Shown here: in pieces, positions 22,320 to 33,248 of the stretch | Layout: each line of letters begins with the position of its first letter | Position numbering within the stretch: the stretch's first letter is position 1 | Origin: an uncultured Candidatus Rokubacteria bacterium | GTDB lineage: Bacteria; Methylomirabilota; Methylomirabilia; Rokubacteriales; CSP1-6 | NCBI GenBank assembly: GCA_963747235.1 | Contig: CAVVEU010000039.1 | Span: 1 to 64,000, forward strand | Direction of reading: 5' to 3' | Length of the DNA: 64,000 bases | The notes under the pieces: generated by a model | Told to the model about the DNA's origin: nothing | Databases searched by the model: none | What the model saw: only the letters and a program-made list of their open reading frames with translations | Position numbers and translations under genes: made by a program

Positions 22320-22756
22320 ACGTTGGCGACGTGATGACCAAGGACCCGGTGGTGGTCGATCTCGACAGCCCGGTGCGGGTGGCGGCGGACCTGATGCGGA
22401 GCAAGGGCATCCGCCACCTCCCGGTCGTCGACGCAGGCGCTCACGTGCTCGGGATCGTCACGGACCGCGACCTGCGCCACGCGGCGTTCCTGCCCGCGCT
22501 GGCGGGGCAGACGGGCCTGGCGCCGCACCGGGTCAAGGCGCCGAGAGTCCGGGACGTGATGACGTGGTCGGTCGTGACGACCCAGGCCGAGACCCCGCTG
22601 GTCCAGGCGGCCCTGACGATGTTCCAGCGGAGGATCGGAAGCCTGCCGGTCGTCGCGGACGGCCGGCTCGTGGGCATCCTGACCGAGCACGACGTGTTCA
22701 CCGGGCTCACGAAGGGATCCGGCGTCGAGAGCGAGGCCGAGTTCTTCCTCTGGTGA
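22316..22756 (+). CDS. CBS-pair protein
   Basis: IRHLPVV..GIVTDRDLRHA; IGSLPVV..GILTEHDV. Confidence 0.9.
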   Translation: MNVGDVMTKDPVVVDLDSPVRVAADLMRSKGIRHLPVVDAGAHVLGIVTDRDLRHAAFLPALAGQTGLAPHRVKAPRVRDVMTWSVVTTQAETPLVQAALTMFQRRIGSLPVVADGRLVGILTEHDVFTGLTKGSGVESEAEFFLW

Positions 22757-22758
22757 GC

Positions 22759-24091
22759 ATGCCCACGCGGATCGTGATCCTGGGCGCGGCCGGCCGCGAC
22801 TTCCACAACTTCAACGTGGTCTACCGCAACGACCCGGACGTCCACGTGGTGGCGTTCACCCAGGCCCAGATCCCGCGCCTGAGCGACCGCCGCTATCCCG
22901 CCTCGCTCGCCGGGGCGTGCTATCCGGCGGGGATTCCGATCGAGGACGAGGCCGACCTGGAAGCGATCTGCCGGCGCGAGGCGGTGGATCGCGTCGTGTT
23001 CGCGTACAGCGACGTCCCGCACGCGGCCGTGATGCACCTGGCCTCGCGGGCCCTCGCGGCGGGCGCGGACTTCACCCTGCTCGGCCCCCGGAGCACGATG
23101 CTCCGGGCGCGCGTGCCGGTGATCGCCATCTCGGCCCTCCGGACCGGGTGCGGCAAGTCCCAGACCGCGCGCTGGCTCGGAAGGCGGCTCCGCGAGCGCG
23201 GGCACAAGGTCGCGGTGCTGCGGCACCCGATGCCGTACGGCGACCTCGAGCGGCAGCGGGTGCAGCGGTTCACGCGGCGCGAGGATCTCGATGCGGCGGG
23301 ATGCACCGCCGAGGAGCGCGAAGAGTACGAGCCGCACCTGGCCGCCGGCCACGTCGTCTTCGCGGGAGTGGACTACGCGGCGATCGTGGAGCGGGCCGAG
23401 CGCGAGGCGGACCTCATCGTGTGGGACGGGGGCAACAACGATTTCCCGCTGCTGCGGCCGGATCTGCACATCGTCATGGCCGACGCGCTCCGGCCCGGGC
23501 AGGCCGACGGCTACCACCCGGGAGAAGCGGTGCTGCGCATGGCGGACGTCGTCGTCATCAACAAGGTGGACGCGGCTTCGGCCGGCAACGTGCGGGCGGT
23601 CACCGACGAGGTGCGCGCGATCAACCTGCGGGCCACGATCGTGCTCGCGGCATCTCCGGTCCGGCTGGACGACCCCGCCGCGGTGCGGGGGCGGCGTGTC
23701 CTGGTGGTGGAGGACGGCCCGACCCTCACGCACGGCGGCATGGCGTACGGCGCGGGCTACGTCGCGGCCACCGCGGGCGGCGCGGCGGCCATCGTGGATC
23801 CGCGCGCCTCCGCCGCGCTCGGCGTGCGGGAGATCTTTGCCCGCTACCCGCACATCGGACCCGTGCTCCCGGCGGTCGGCTACGACGCGGGCCAGCTCCA
23901 GGAGCTCCGCGAGACGATCAATCGATCCGTCGCGGACGTGGTGGTGGCGGCGACCCCGCTCGATCTGGGCGCGCTGATCAGCGCTCGAGAAGCCGGTGGT
24001 GCGCGCGCGCTACGAGTTCGAGGACGCCGGGGAGCCCACCCTGGGGTCGCTCGTGGATACGTTCCTCGAGCGAGGCGCCGCAATCCAATGA
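22759..24091 (+). CDS. COG2403 P-loop protein (cyclic 2,3-diphosphoglycerate synthetase/arginine synthetase-like); one frameshift near 23985
   Basis: ILGAAGRDFHNFN, RTGCGKSQT, RHPMPYGDL, EEREEYEPH, WDGGNND, EDGPTLTHGGM; true C-terminus KPVVRARYE is in another frame, ending TGA 24091. Confidence 0.85.
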
Positions 24092-25797
24092 GAGGCGCGG
24101 CCCCGTGGATCTCCGGATGGCTTTCCCGCCGCCACGTGATGGTCGCGGCCACTGCGGCGATCCTCGCCTTCTTGATGGCCGGGACGGCGGTCGAGCCGGC
24201 GCCTGGGTCCACCAGGTACCGCATCCAGGAGCTCATGGAGCGGCTGGACGGGCTCCGCATCGACGGCTGGCCGCTCGACCCCGAGCCGCTGGTGCGATTC
24301 TACCGACCGCGAGACTTTGCCCCGGCCTGGGACCCGCGCGACGGCGGGCGGGATCGCGCGGAATCGCTTCTCCGGGTGCTGATGGCGGCCGATCAGCACG
24401 GGCTCGACCCCGGGCGCTACCATCTCGACACGATCCGGGCGCGCCTATCGAGGTCGAATGGGCATACCGGTGAGCTCGATCTGCTGCTGACCGCCGCGTT
24501 CCTCGGCTACGCGCGCGACGTCCGGACCGGCCGGCTGCCGCCCGGGCGCCGGGACGGAGACTGGGGAATCTCGGTGGCCCCGTTCGACGCGGCCGCGGTT
24601 CTGGCTCAGGGCGTCCGCGAGGTGGCGGTGTTCCGTGCCGGGCTGGCGTCCCTGCCGCCGCCCGCGGAGGACTACGCGCGCCTCGTCGAGGCGCTGCGGC
24701 GCTATCGGGAGACGGCGGCCCGCGGTGACTGGCTGCTCGTCCCGCCGGGCGCGCCGCTCAGGATCGGAGACGACGACGCCCGCGTCGCCGCCGTCCGGGC
24801 TCGCCTCGCGGCCGAGGACGCGCAGGTGTTGCGAGTCGCCACCCACTTTGATGAGCGGCTCGATGAGGCCGTGCGCCGCTTTCAGGCGCGTCACGGGCTC
24901 GACGCGGACGGGATCGTGGGTGAGGCGACCGTCCGCGCCTTGAACGTGCCAGCCGCCGACCGGATGCAGCAGATCGCCCTGAACCTCGAGCGGTGGCGCT
25001 GGCTCCCGCGCGATCTCGGCCCGCGCTACGTCACCGTGAATGCGGCCGATGCCACGCTGCGGGTGGTGGACGGCGGCCGGATCGTGCTGACCTCCCGGGT
25101 CGTCGTCGGCGATCTCCAGCATCCGACGCCGGTGGTGCAGGCCCGTCTCGACGCGGTGGTTCTGAATCCGAGGTGGAACCTGCCGACCTCGATCGCGGCG
25201 CGGGAGATCCTGCCGCGGCTTCGCGAGAACCGCCGCTACCTGGCCGAGCACGACATCGTCATCATGGAGCGGCGGGAGAGCGACCCGTTCGGCCTGGCGG
25301 TCGACTGGTCCACGATCTCCGCGGAGGCGTTTCCGTTCCGGCTGCAGCAGCAGCCGGGCCCGGACAATCCCCTGGGCCGGATCAAATTCGACGTCCCGAA
25401 TCGCTTCGACGTCTACCTGCACGACACCCCGATGCGGGGGCTGTTCGCGCGGCCGCGGCGGACGGCCAGCCACGGGTGCATCCGGGTGGAGCGGGCCGAC
25501 GAGCTCGCGGCCCACGTCCTGGCGGACGGGACCGGGCGGTGGACGCCCCAGCGCCTGGAGGAGGCGATCGCGGGGGGTGGCTCACCGCGGATTCCGGTTG
25601 CCCGGCCGCTGCCCGTGTACATACTGTACTGGACGGCGTTCGTCGGCCCGGACGGCGTCGCGCAGTTCCGGGACGACGTCTACGGGCGCGACCGTCGCCT
25701 CGCCGCCGCGCTGGCGGCGGAGCGGCGCGCGGCCGGGGCGGACCTGGCTCGCGCGATCGGCGGCTGCCCGTCGTCTCGAGAGGAGGCACCCGGATGA
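24088..25797 (+). CDS. L,D-transpeptidase, YcbB/LdtD-like
   Basis: PG-binding FQARHGL.DG.VG, NLERWRWLP, PGPDNPLG.IKF, YLHDTP, SHGCIRV. Confidence 0.92.
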   Translation: MRGAAPWISGWLSRRHVMVAATAAILAFLMAGTAVEPAPGSTRYRIQELMERLDGLRIDGWPLDPEPLVRFYRPRDFAPAWDPRDGGRDRAESLLRVLMAADQHGLDPGRYHLDTIRARLSRSNGHTGELDLLLTAAFLGYARDVRTGRLPPGRRDGDWGISVAPFDAAAVLAQGVREVAVFRAGLASLPPPAEDYARLVEALRRYRETAARGDWLLVPPGAPLRIGDDDARVAAVRARLAAEDAQVLRVATHFDERLDEAVRRFQARHGLDADGIVGEATVRALNVPAADRMQQIALNLERWRWLPRDLGPRYVTVNAADATLRVVDGGRIVLTSRVVVGDLQHPTPVVQARLDAVVLNPRWNLPTSIAAREILPRLRENRRYLAEHDIVIMERRESDPFGLAVDWSTISAEAFPFRLQQQPGPDNPLGRIKFDVPNRFDVYLHDTPMRGLFARPRRTASHGCIRVERADELAAHVLADGTGRWTPQRLEEAIAGGGSPRIPVARPLPVYILYWTAFVGPDGVAQFRDDVYGRDRRLAAALAAERRAAGADLARAIGGCPSSREEAPG

Positions 25798-26342
25798 GCG
25801 GAATGGATGAGAACGGTGCGTCCCGACGGCGCGCGGTGCGGCTGGGCCTCGTGGGTCTCGGTGGTTTGCTGGTGCCGACCCGGCGCGCGGCTGCGGCCGA
25901 CGCGCGCAGCCTCGCGCTGCGGAGCCTGCACACGGGCGAGTTCGTGCGGACGACGTACTGGGCGGCCGGTCGGTACGTGCGCGACGGGCTGATGGAGATC
26001 GACCGGCTGCTCCGCGACCACCGGAGCAACGCGGTGCACCCGATCGATCGCCGCCTTCTCGACGTGCTGGGCGCGCTTCGCGAGGGTCTGGACACTCGCG
26101 AGGCCTTCGAGATCATCTCCGGCTACCGCTCGCCGGCGACGAACGCCCGGCTCGTCGCGACCACGACCGGGGTCGCCTCGACGAGCCTGCACGTCGCGGG
26201 CATGGCGGTCGACCTCCGGGTGCCGGGACGCCCGCTCACCGCGGTGCGTGACGCCGCCAAGGCGCTCCGCGCCGGCGGTGTCGGCTACTACCCGGACTCG
26301 AACTTCGTCCACGTCGACGTCGGGCGCGTTCGCTACTGGTGA
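25794..26342 (+). CDS. YcbK/MepK (DUF882) peptidoglycan endopeptidase with Tat-like signal
   Basis: SRRRAV signal, LHTGE, LRDHR, ISGYRSP, SLH..GMAVD, GGVGYYP..FVHVDVG. Confidence 0.92.
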   Translation: MSGMDENGASRRRAVRLGLVGLGGLLVPTRRAAAADARSLALRSLHTGEFVRTTYWAAGRYVRDGLMEIDRLLRDHRSNAVHPIDRRLLDVLGALREGLDTREAFEIISGYRSPATNARLVATTTGVASTSLHVAGMAVDLRVPGRPLTAVRDAAKALRAGGVGYYPDSNFVHVDVGRVRYW

Positions 26343-26363
26343 CCCGCGGGCCGCTCGCCCGGA

Positions 26364-26477
26364 TGGGGCCCGAGCGCCTCAGCTGAGGAGCGAGAGACCC
26401 ATACGAGACGTGCGGGGAGTCCTAACCCACCGGTTCTCAACGCGGCGCGGCCACCGGCACCTGGCAGGCCGGTTGCA
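26364..26477 (+). promoter_or_regulatory. Sigma-54 promoter module P8
   Basis: UAS TGGGGCCCGAGCGCCTCA 26364-26381 and TGAGGAGCGAGAGACCCA 26384-26401; TGGCAG-GCCGG-TTGCA 26462-26477. Confidence 0.88.
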
Positions 26478-26530
26478 CTCCACCGGATCGACGGGCTTGG
26501 AGGAATCCGAGCGCCGCCGGAGGAGGATCG

Positions 26531-26995
26531 ATGAAGGTCAAGGACGTCATGACCGGCCAGCCGATCACGATCGCCGCGGATGCCTTGGTGGGCGCGGCGC
26601 TGGCTCTGATGCGCACCCGGCATGTCCGCCATCTGCCCGTCCTGGACGGCGACGAGACACTGGTCGGCATCGTCACCGATCGTGACCTCCGCCACGCCGC
26701 GCTCGCCCCGGCGCTCGACGAGTACCTATCGGTCCCGGCCCACCGACGGCTCCGGCAGATCAGCGAGACGCTGGGGAACCTGCGGGTGAAGGACGTGATG
26801 ACCTGGTCCGTGGTCACGACCGGTCCGGACGCCCCGCTGAGCTACGCCGCACTCCTCATGTTCGAGAGTCGCGTCGGGAGCCTGCCCGTGCTGGAGCATG
26901 GGCGCCTGGTCGGGATGCTCACCGAGCAGGACGTGCTGAAGGCGCTCTTGCTCGGGGGCAAGATCGCCGAGTTCAGCGAAGGGTACATGTGGTAG
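26531..26995 (+). CDS. CBS-pair protein (paralog of 22316-22756)
   Basis: Shares GIVTDRDLRHAA and DVMTWSVVTT. Confidence 0.9.
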   Translation: MKVKDVMTGQPITIAADALVGAALALMRTRHVRHLPVLDGDETLVGIVTDRDLRHAALAPALDEYLSVPAHRRLRQISETLGNLRVKDVMTWSVVTTGPDAPLSYAALLMFESRVGSLPVLEHGRLVGMLTEQDVLKALLLGGKIAEFSEGYMW

Positions 26996-27011
26996 GGGCA
27001 AGGAGGCCGCG

Positions 27012-27461
27012 ATGACGACCAAGCGAATCCTGCTGGCAGCCGATCGATCCCCGCGCGCGGACGCGGTCGCGACCATCGCGGCCGAGACCGCCCGGGGGGC
27101 TCAGGCGGTGGTGCGCCTGCTGCACGTGGCGCCCGCGGCATCGGCGGTGCACGACGGGCAGGGCCGCGTCGTGGTGTACGCGGATCAGGAGTCGGAGAGC
27201 CTGAGCAGCCAGGCCCTCGACTACCTTCGTGGCCTCGAGGCTCACTTCACCGGTGTGGCGGTCGAGAGCGTCGTTCGCTTCGGCGATCCCGTCGCGCAGA
27301 TCCTCGACGAAGCCGAGGCCTTCGGGGCCAACCTGATCGTGGTGGGCACCGCGGGACGGAGCGCGATCGGCCGCGTCCTGCTGGGCAGTGTGGCCGAGCG
27401 GGTCTTCGGCAAGGCCACGGTGCCGGTGATGCTCGTGCGGCCGGCGCCCGCGGCGCTCTAG
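27012..27461 (+). CDS. Universal stress protein
   Basis: RFGDP..LIVVGT.GRS..LLGSVAE..VPVMLV. Confidence 0.9.
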   Translation: MTTKRILLAADRSPRADAVATIAAETARGAQAVVRLLHVAPAASAVHDGQGRVVVYADQESESLSSQALDYLRGLEAHFTGVAVESVVRFGDPVAQILDEAEAFGANLIVVGTAGRSAIGRVLLGSVAERVFGKATVPVMLVRPAPAAL

Positions 27462-27462
27462 C

Positions 27463-27567
27463 TGGGGCGGGCCGGCCACACCGGGGCCATCGCGCCTCGA
27501 CCATCCCTTGTGTGACGACCGCAAGGCGCTGAATCAGCGCGCGTTCCCGCCTGGCACCCGCGATGCA
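27463..27567 (+). promoter_or_regulatory. Sigma-54 promoter module P9 (hsp20 operon)
   Basis: UAS TGGGGCGGGCCGGCCACA 27463-27480 and CGGGGCCATCGCGCCTCG 27482-27499; IHF-like 27522-27534; TGGCAC-CCGCG-ATGCA 27552-27567. Confidence 0.85.
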
Positions 27568-27621
27568 GTCAGTGTCGTCGGGTATCGAACGAAGCGCTCG
27601 GACAAATGAGGAGGAGACATC

Positions 27622-28062
27622 ATGACGCATGGGCTGATGCCGTGGACGGGTTTCGGGAATCTGAAGCAGGACATGGATCGGCTGTTCGACCGGATCGCCA
27701 CCAGCAAGTGGGATGACTTTCCGACGCTGGGCGACTGGTCTCCCAGCATGGACATCTCGGAGACGAAGGACAGCCTGGTCGTGAAGGTCGAGGTGCCGGG
27801 GATGGACCAGAACGACATCCGGGTCTCACTGCAGGAGAATCTGCTGACGATCACCGGAGAGAAGAAACAGGAGAAGAAAGAGAAGGACGAGCGGTACCAC
27901 CGGGTGGAGCGATCCTATGGGGCGTTCACCCGCGGGGTGCGGCTGCCGGTCGGGGTGGATGCGAGTAACGTCTCGGCCGCATTCAAGAACGGGCTCCTGA
28001 CCGTGACGCTGCCCAAGACGCCGGCCGCGAAGGGCGCGACGATCCCGATCAAGGGCGAGTAG
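27622..28062 (+). CDS. Hsp20/alpha-crystallin small heat-shock protein
   Basis: PSMDISET, EVPGM, ERSYGAFTR, FKNGLLTVTLPK. Confidence 0.97.
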   Translation: MTHGLMPWTGFGNLKQDMDRLFDRIATSKWDDFPTLGDWSPSMDISETKDSLVVKVEVPGMDQNDIRVSLQENLLTITGEKKQEKKEKDERYHRVERSYGAFTRGVRLPVGVDASNVSAAFKNGLLTVTLPKTPAAKGATIPIKGE

Positions 28063-28095
28063 CGGGCATCCGATGGAGGGGGAGGTGATGCTCCG

Positions 28096-28746
28096 ATGCT
28101 GAGCGAGGATCGCGGGCACATGGTGACGACCCAGATCGAGGCGCGAGGCATCACCGACCCGCTCGTGCTGGAGGCCATGCGCGCCGTCCCGCGGGAGCGG
28201 TTCGTCCCCGCGGGGCTGGCGCGGTTCGCCCACGAGGACCGGCCGCTGCCGATCGGTGAGGAGCAGACGATCTCTCAGCCGTACATCGTCGCGGTGATGA
28301 TGCAGGCGGCCGAGCTCAAGCCGGGCACTCGGGTGCTCGAGATCGGCACCGGGTCGGGATACGGCGCCGCGGTGCTGTCCCGGATCGCGGCCGAGGTGTA
28401 CACGGTCGAGCGGGTGGGGGTGCTGGCGGAGCAGGCGCGCACCCGGCTGGCCGAGCTCGGCTATGCCAACGTCTGCGTCCGGGAAGGCGATGGCACCCTG
28501 GGCTGGGCGGAGCACGCTCCGTACGACGCGATCCTGGTGACCGCGGGGGGCCCGCGGGCGCCCCAGACGCTCCTGGGCCAGCTCGCGGTGGGGGGGCGGC
28601 TGATCATGCCGGTCGGGCCCTGCGCCGGCCACCAGCGGCTGGTGCGCGTCACGCGCACCGATGCGCAGGAGTACCGGTACGAGGATCTCGAGGAGGTCGC
28701 GTTCGTCCCCCTGATCGGGGCCGAAGGCTGGACCGAGGGAGGCTAG
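28096..28746 (+). CDS. pcm: Protein-L-isoaspartate O-methyltransferase
   Basis: VPRERFVP, QTISQPY, VLEIGTGSGY, APYDAILVTA. Confidence 0.95.
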   Translation: MLSEDRGHMVTTQIEARGITDPLVLEAMRAVPRERFVPAGLARFAHEDRPLPIGEEQTISQPYIVAVMMQAAELKPGTRVLEIGTGSGYGAAVLSRIAAEVYTVERVGVLAEQARTRLAELGYANVCVREGDGTLGWAEHAPYDAILVTAGGPRAPQTLLGQLAVGGRLIMPVGPCAGHQRLVRVTRTDAQEYRYEDLEEVAFVPLIGAEGWTEGG

Positions 28747-28752
28747 AGGCCG

Positions 28753-28887
28753 ATGGCCAAGCTCTTCACGATCGGGGACGAGACGACGCACGTCAGCGGC
28801 GACGCGAAGTGTCCCGAGTGCCTGGAGGCGGAATGGCCGACCACGCGGTGCGATCAGTGCGGCCGCACCGAGGAAGAGCTCGACTGA
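28753..28887 (+). CDS. 44-aa CxxC-x9-CxxC microprotein
   Basis: MAKLFTIGDETTHVSGDAKCPECLEAEWPTTRCDQCGRTEEELD; fills the gap between pcm and the ABC gene. Confidence 0.55.
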   Translation: MAKLFTIGDETTHVSGDAKCPECLEAEWPTTRCDQCGRTEEELD

Positions 28888-28904
28888 CGCGCGGGCGAAG
28901 CCCG

Positions 28905-29618
28905 ATGGACGCTCCGCTGATCGAGACGCAGGGACTCCACAAGGAGTACCCGCTCGGGGACCACGTTGTCCACGCGCTCCGCGGGGTCTCGGTCACGATC
29001 GCGGCCGGCGAGATGGTGGCGGTCATGGGTCCGTCCGGTTCCGGCAAGTCCACGTTCATGACGATCCTCGGCTGCCTCGACACGCCGACCGCGGGCCGCT
29101 ACCGGCTGGAAGGCCGCGACGTGTCGAGCCTGGGCGACGATGACCTGTCGGAGATCCGCAGCCGCCGTATCGGCTTCGTCTTCCAGCAGTTCAACCTGCT
29201 GCCGCGGATGACCGCCCAGGCCAACGTCGAGATGCCCCTGCTCTACGCAGACGTTTCGAGTCGCGAGCGCCGGGAACGGGCGCAGCGCAAGCTCGAGGCG
29301 GTGGGGCTGCGGGGCCGGGCCGCGCACCGTCCCGCCCAGCTCTCGGGAGGCGAGCAGCAGCGGGTGGCCATCGCGCGCGCGCTCGTCAACGATCCGATCC
29401 TGCTCCTGGCCGATGAGCCGACGGGGAACCTCGACACGCGGACCAGCGACGAGATCATGGCGGTGGTCCAGGCGCTGCACCGGACCGGGCTGACCATCGT
29501 GCTGGTGACGCATGAGCAGGACATCGCGCAGTACGCGCAGCGGATTCTCTCGTTCCGCGACGGGATGCTGGTGGGCGACCAGGCGGTGCGGGACCGGCGG
29601 CAGGCCCGGGCGGCATGA
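28905..29618 (+). CDS. ABC transporter ATP-binding subunit (MacB/LolD-like)
   Basis: [32 protein letters not shown]. Confidence 0.95.
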   Translation: MDAPLIETQGLHKEYPLGDHVVHALRGVSVTIAAGEMVAVMGPSGSGKSTFMTILGCLDTPTAGRYRLEGRDVSSLGDDDLSEIRSRRIGFVFQQFNLLPRMTAQANVEMPLLYADVSSRERRERAQRKLEAVGLRGRAAHRPAQLSGGEQQRVAIARALVNDPILLLADEPTGNLDTRTSDEIMAVVQALHRTGLTIVLVTHEQDIAQYAQRILSFRDGMLVGDQAVRDRRQARAA

Positions 29619-30847
29619 AAGTCTCCGCCACGGTCCAGATGGCGGCGGCCGCGCTGCGCACCAACCGGCTCCGGACCGCGCTCACCGCGCTCGGGGTGAT
29701 CATCGGGGTGGGGGCGGTGGTGACGATGATGGCCATCGGGGCCGGCGCCCAGGCCCGCGTGGCCGAGCAGATCCGGAGCCTCGGGTCGAACCTGATCATC
29801 GTGCTCTCCGGATCCATCACCTCCGGGGGAGTCCGGCTCGGCTCGGGCAGTCTGCTCACGATCACGGAGGACGACGCCCGGGCGATCCAGCGCGACGTCC
29901 GGAGCGTCGAGGCCGCGGCGCCCACGATGCGCGGGGGCGCGCAGGTCGTGTTCGGCAACCGCAACTGGTCCACCGCACTGCAGGGCGTGACGCCGGAGTA
30001 CTTCCAGGCCCGCGACTGGGTCGCGGTGTCGGGCCGGCTCCTCACGGCGGACGACGTGGACGCGGCGAGCAAGGTGGTCGTGCTGGGGCAGACCGTCGCC
30101 GAGAACCTGTTCGGCGGCACCGATCCGATCGACCAGACCGTCCGGATCAAGGCGGTCCCGTTCACGGTCGTGGGTGTCCTGGCCCGGAAGGGGCAGAGCA
30201 CGCGAGGCGAGGACCAGGACGACACGCTGCTGATTCCCCTCTCCACCGCGAAGAAGAAGGTCCTGGGGGTGAGCCAGGCCAACGCGCGCGCGGTGGGGTC
30301 GATCCTCGTCAAGGTCACGGACGCGGGCCGCATGGCGGAGGCCGAGGCGCAGATCCGCGACCTGCTGCGGGAGCGCCATCGTCTCCAGCCGCACGAGGAG
30401 GACGACTTCGCCATCCGGAACCTGTCCGAGATCCTGGCCAGCCAGGAAGCCGCGTCCCGCGTGCTGAGCCTGCTCCTGGCGGCGGTCGCCGCGGTCTCGC
30501 TGGTGGTCGGTGGCATCGGCATCATGAACATCATGCTGGTCTCGGTGACGGAGCGGACGCGGGAGATCGGTCTCCGCCGGGCCATCGGGGCGCGGCGACG
30601 GGACATCCTGAGCCAGTTCCTGTTCGAGGCCGTGTTCGTCTCGCTGGCGGGAGGCCTGATCGGCATCGCGGTCGGGATCATCGGGTCCTACGCGATCGGC
30701 TACGTGTTCCAGTGGAGCGTGCTGGTGTCCTGGTCCGCCGTCTTGCCCGCCTTCCTCTTCGCGGCCGCCGTCGGGGTCTTCTTCGGCTACTACCCGGCCC
30801 GCAAGGCGTCCCGGCTCAAGCCGATCGAGGCCCTCCGGTATGAGTGA
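29615..30847 (+). CDS. ABC transporter permease (MacB/FtsX-like)
   Basis: [37 protein letters not shown]. Confidence 0.95.
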   Translation: MKVSATVQMAAAALRTNRLRTALTALGVIIGVGAVVTMMAIGAGAQARVAEQIRSLGSNLIIVLSGSITSGGVRLGSGSLLTITEDDARAIQRDVRSVEAAAPTMRGGAQVVFGNRNWSTALQGVTPEYFQARDWVAVSGRLLTADDVDAASKVVVLGQTVAENLFGGTDPIDQTVRIKAVPFTVVGVLARKGQSTRGEDQDDTLLIPLSTAKKKVLGVSQANARAVGSILVKVTDAGRMAEAEAQIRDLLRERHRLQPHEEDDFAIRNLSEILASQEAASRVLSLLLAAVAAVSLVVGGIGIMNIMLVSVTERTREIGLRRAIGARRRDILSQFLFEAVFVSLAGGLIGIAVGIIGSYAIGYVFQWSVLVSWSAVLPAFLFAAAVGVFFGYYPARKASRLKPIEALRYE

Positions 30848-33248
30848 GGTCATCAAGTGGTTCCGTGAGATCCGGCTGGGAGACGTGCCCCTGGTCGGCG
30901 GCAAGACGGCGTCCCTCGGTGAGCTCTACGGCGAGCTGGGCGCGGCCGGGGTTCGCGTTCCCGACGGGTTCGCGATCACCGCGGACGCGTACCGGGCGCT
31001 TCTCGACGGCAGCGGGCTGCGCGACCGGCTCGCCGCCATCCTCGAAGGGGTGACCGGCGAGGACGTGACCGCGCTGGCCACGGCCGGCGCGGAGCTCCGC
31101 CGGCTCGTCGAGTCGGCCCCGCTCCCGGCCGGGCTGGAGGACGCGATCGTCTCCGCCTACCGGACGCTCGCGCGCGAAGCCGGGGCCGACCAGCCCGCAG
31201 TCGCCGTCCGCTCGAGCGCCACCGCGGAGGACCTTCCCCAGGCGAGCTTCGCGGGTCAGCACGAGAGCTTTCTGGGCGTCCGGGGAGAGACCGCGCTGCT
31301 GACCGCGTGCCGGCGCTGCTTCGCCTCGATCTTCACCGATCGCGCTATCGTGTATCGCATCCAGAACGGGTTCGACCATCTGAGCGTGTTCCTGTCGGTC
31401 GCGGTCCAGAAGATGGTCGCGTGCGACCGGGGCAGCTCGGGCGTCATGTTCACCCTCGACCCCGACAGCGGGTTCCCCGGCGTGGTCCTCGTCAACGCCG
31501 CCTTCGGGCTGGGGGAGGCGGTCGTCCAGGGGCAGCTCGATCCGGACGAGTTCTGGATCTTCAAGCCGACGCTGCGGACCGGTCATCACGCCCTGCTGAA
31601 GCGGAAGATAGCCCAAAAGACGTGGAAGCTCGTCATGGGAGCCGGCGGGCAGCCCGAGCGGGCTCCGGTGCCCGCGCAGGCTCAGCGCTCCGCCAGCCTC
31701 AGTGACCAGGAGGCGCTGGAGCTCGGCCGCTTCGCGGTCGCCATCGAGGACCACTACTCGCGGCGGGCGGGGCATGTGGTGGCGATGGACATCGAATGGG
31801 CAAAGGATGCCGACGACGGCCGGCTCTACATCCTCCAGGCGCGGCCCGAGACGGTCCATTCCGCCGCGCGCCGGGCCGTCCTCGAGATCTTCTCGCTGCG
31901 GCCGGGCGGGCCGCGGGACCGGCTCGTCAGCGGCGCGGCCATCGGCCAGCGGATCGGGGTAGGGCCGACGCGGCGGCTGCGCGATCCGCGCGACCTGGAA
32001 GCCTTCCAGGCCGGGGACGTGCTCGTGGCGTCCATGACCGATCCCGACTGGGAGCCCATCATGAAGCGCGCGGCCGCGATCGTGACCGACCGTGGGGGCC
32101 GCACCTGCCACGCCGCCATCGTCAGCCGCGAGCTCGGGGTGCCGTGCGTGGTCGGCACCGGCAACGGGACGGAGCTCCTCCCCGACGGGCAGCTCGTGAC
32201 CGTGTCCTGCGCCGAAGGCGAGACCGGGTCGGTCTACGCGGGCGCGCTGTCCGTCGAGCGCCGGCAGGTGGACCTGGCCGCGATGCCGACGACCGAGACC
32301 AAGGTGATGCTCAATGTCGGCAATCCGGGCGAGGCCTTCCGGCTCGCCGCGCTGCCCAACGACGGCGTGGGGCTGGCACGCATCGAGTTCATCATCGCGA
32401 GCTTCGTGCGCGCGCATCCGCTCGCGCTGCTCCACCCGGATCGGGTCCGCGATCCGGCCGCGCGGGCGGAGATCGACGCGCTGACGGCCGGGTATGCGGA
32501 TCGCGGGGAATACTTCGTCGAGCGGCTGGCCGAAGGCGTGGCGACGATCGCGGCGGCCTTTCACCCGAAGGACGTGATCGTCCGCCTCTCGGATTTCAAG
32601 TCCAGCGAGTACGCGGGGCTCGTGGGCGGTCGGGACTTCGAGCCCGAGGAGGGCAATCCCATGCTCGGCTTCCGGGGCGCGTTCCGCTATGCGCACCCGC
32701 GCTACCGGGACGCGTTCGAGCTCGAGTGCCGGGCCCTGCGCCGGGTCCGCGAGCAGATGGGCCTCTCCAATGTGAAGCTCATGATCCCGTTCTGCCGGAC
32801 CCCGGCCGAGGGTCGGCGCGTGCTCGATCTGCTGGCCGCCAACGGGCTCGTGCGCGGCGTGAACGGCCTCGAGGTCTACGTCATGGCCGAGATTCCCGCC
32901 AACGCGATCCTGGTCGACGAGTTCGCGGCCCTCTTCGACGGCTTCTCGATCGGCTCCAACGATCTCACCCAGCTCGTGCTCGGGGTGGATCGGGACTCCG
33001 AGCTGGTCGCGCCCGAGTTCGACGAGCGCAACCCGGCGGTGCTCAGCATGATCGGCACGATCATCGACGGCGCGCGACGCGCCGGACGCAAGGTCGGGAT
33101 CTGCGGCCAGGCCCCGAGCGACTATCCCGAGATGGTCCGGTTCCTCGTGGAGAAGGGGATCACGAGCATCTCGCTGAACCCGGACGCGATCGTGCGCGGT
33201 CTCGAGGCCGTCGCGGCGGCGGAGGCCGCGCGTCAGGCCTTGCGGTAG
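30840..33248 (+). CDS. ppsA: Phosphoenolpyruvate synthase
   Basis: [58 protein letters not shown]. Confidence 0.97.
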   Translation: MSEVIKWFREIRLGDVPLVGGKTASLGELYGELGAAGVRVPDGFAITADAYRALLDGSGLRDRLAAILEGVTGEDVTALATAGAELRRLVESAPLPAGLEDAIVSAYRTLAREAGADQPAVAVRSSATAEDLPQASFAGQHESFLGVRGETALLTACRRCFASIFTDRAIVYRIQNGFDHLSVFLSVAVQKMVACDRGSSGVMFTLDPDSGFPGVVLVNAAFGLGEAVVQGQLDPDEFWIFKPTLRTGHHALLKRKIAQKTWKLVMGAGGQPERAPVPAQAQRSASLSDQEALELGRFAVAIEDHYSRRAGHVVAMDIEWAKDADDGRLYILQARPETVHSAARRAVLEIFSLRPGGPRDRLVSGAAIGQRIGVGPTRRLRDPRDLEAFQAGDVLVASMTDPDWEPIMKRAAAIVTDRGGRTCHAAIVSRELGVPCVVGTGNGTELLPDGQLVTVSCAEGETGSVYAGALSVERRQVDLAAMPTTETKVMLNVGNPGEAFRLAALPNDGVGLARIEFIIASFVRAHPLALLHPDRVRDPAARAEIDALTAGYADRGEYFVERLAEGVATIAAAFHPKDVIVRLSDFKSSEYAGLVGGRDFEPEEGNPMLGFRGAFRYAHPRYRDAFELECRALRRVREQMGLSNVKLMIPFCRTPAEGRRVLDLLAANGLVRGVNGLEVYVMAEIPANAILVDEFAALFDGFSIGSNDLTQLVLGVDRDSELVAPEFDERNPAVLSMIGTIIDGARRAGRKVGICGQAPSDYPEMVRFLVEKGITSISLNPDAIVRGLEAVAAAEAARQALR

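Noticed and set aside
22564-25797. 1077-aa COG2403-L,D-transpeptidase fusion in the ORF track
   Set aside because: One extra base near 23985 shifts the frame. The real C-terminus (KPVVRARYE) ends at TGA 24091, overlapping the ycbB ATG at 24088, so these are two genes.
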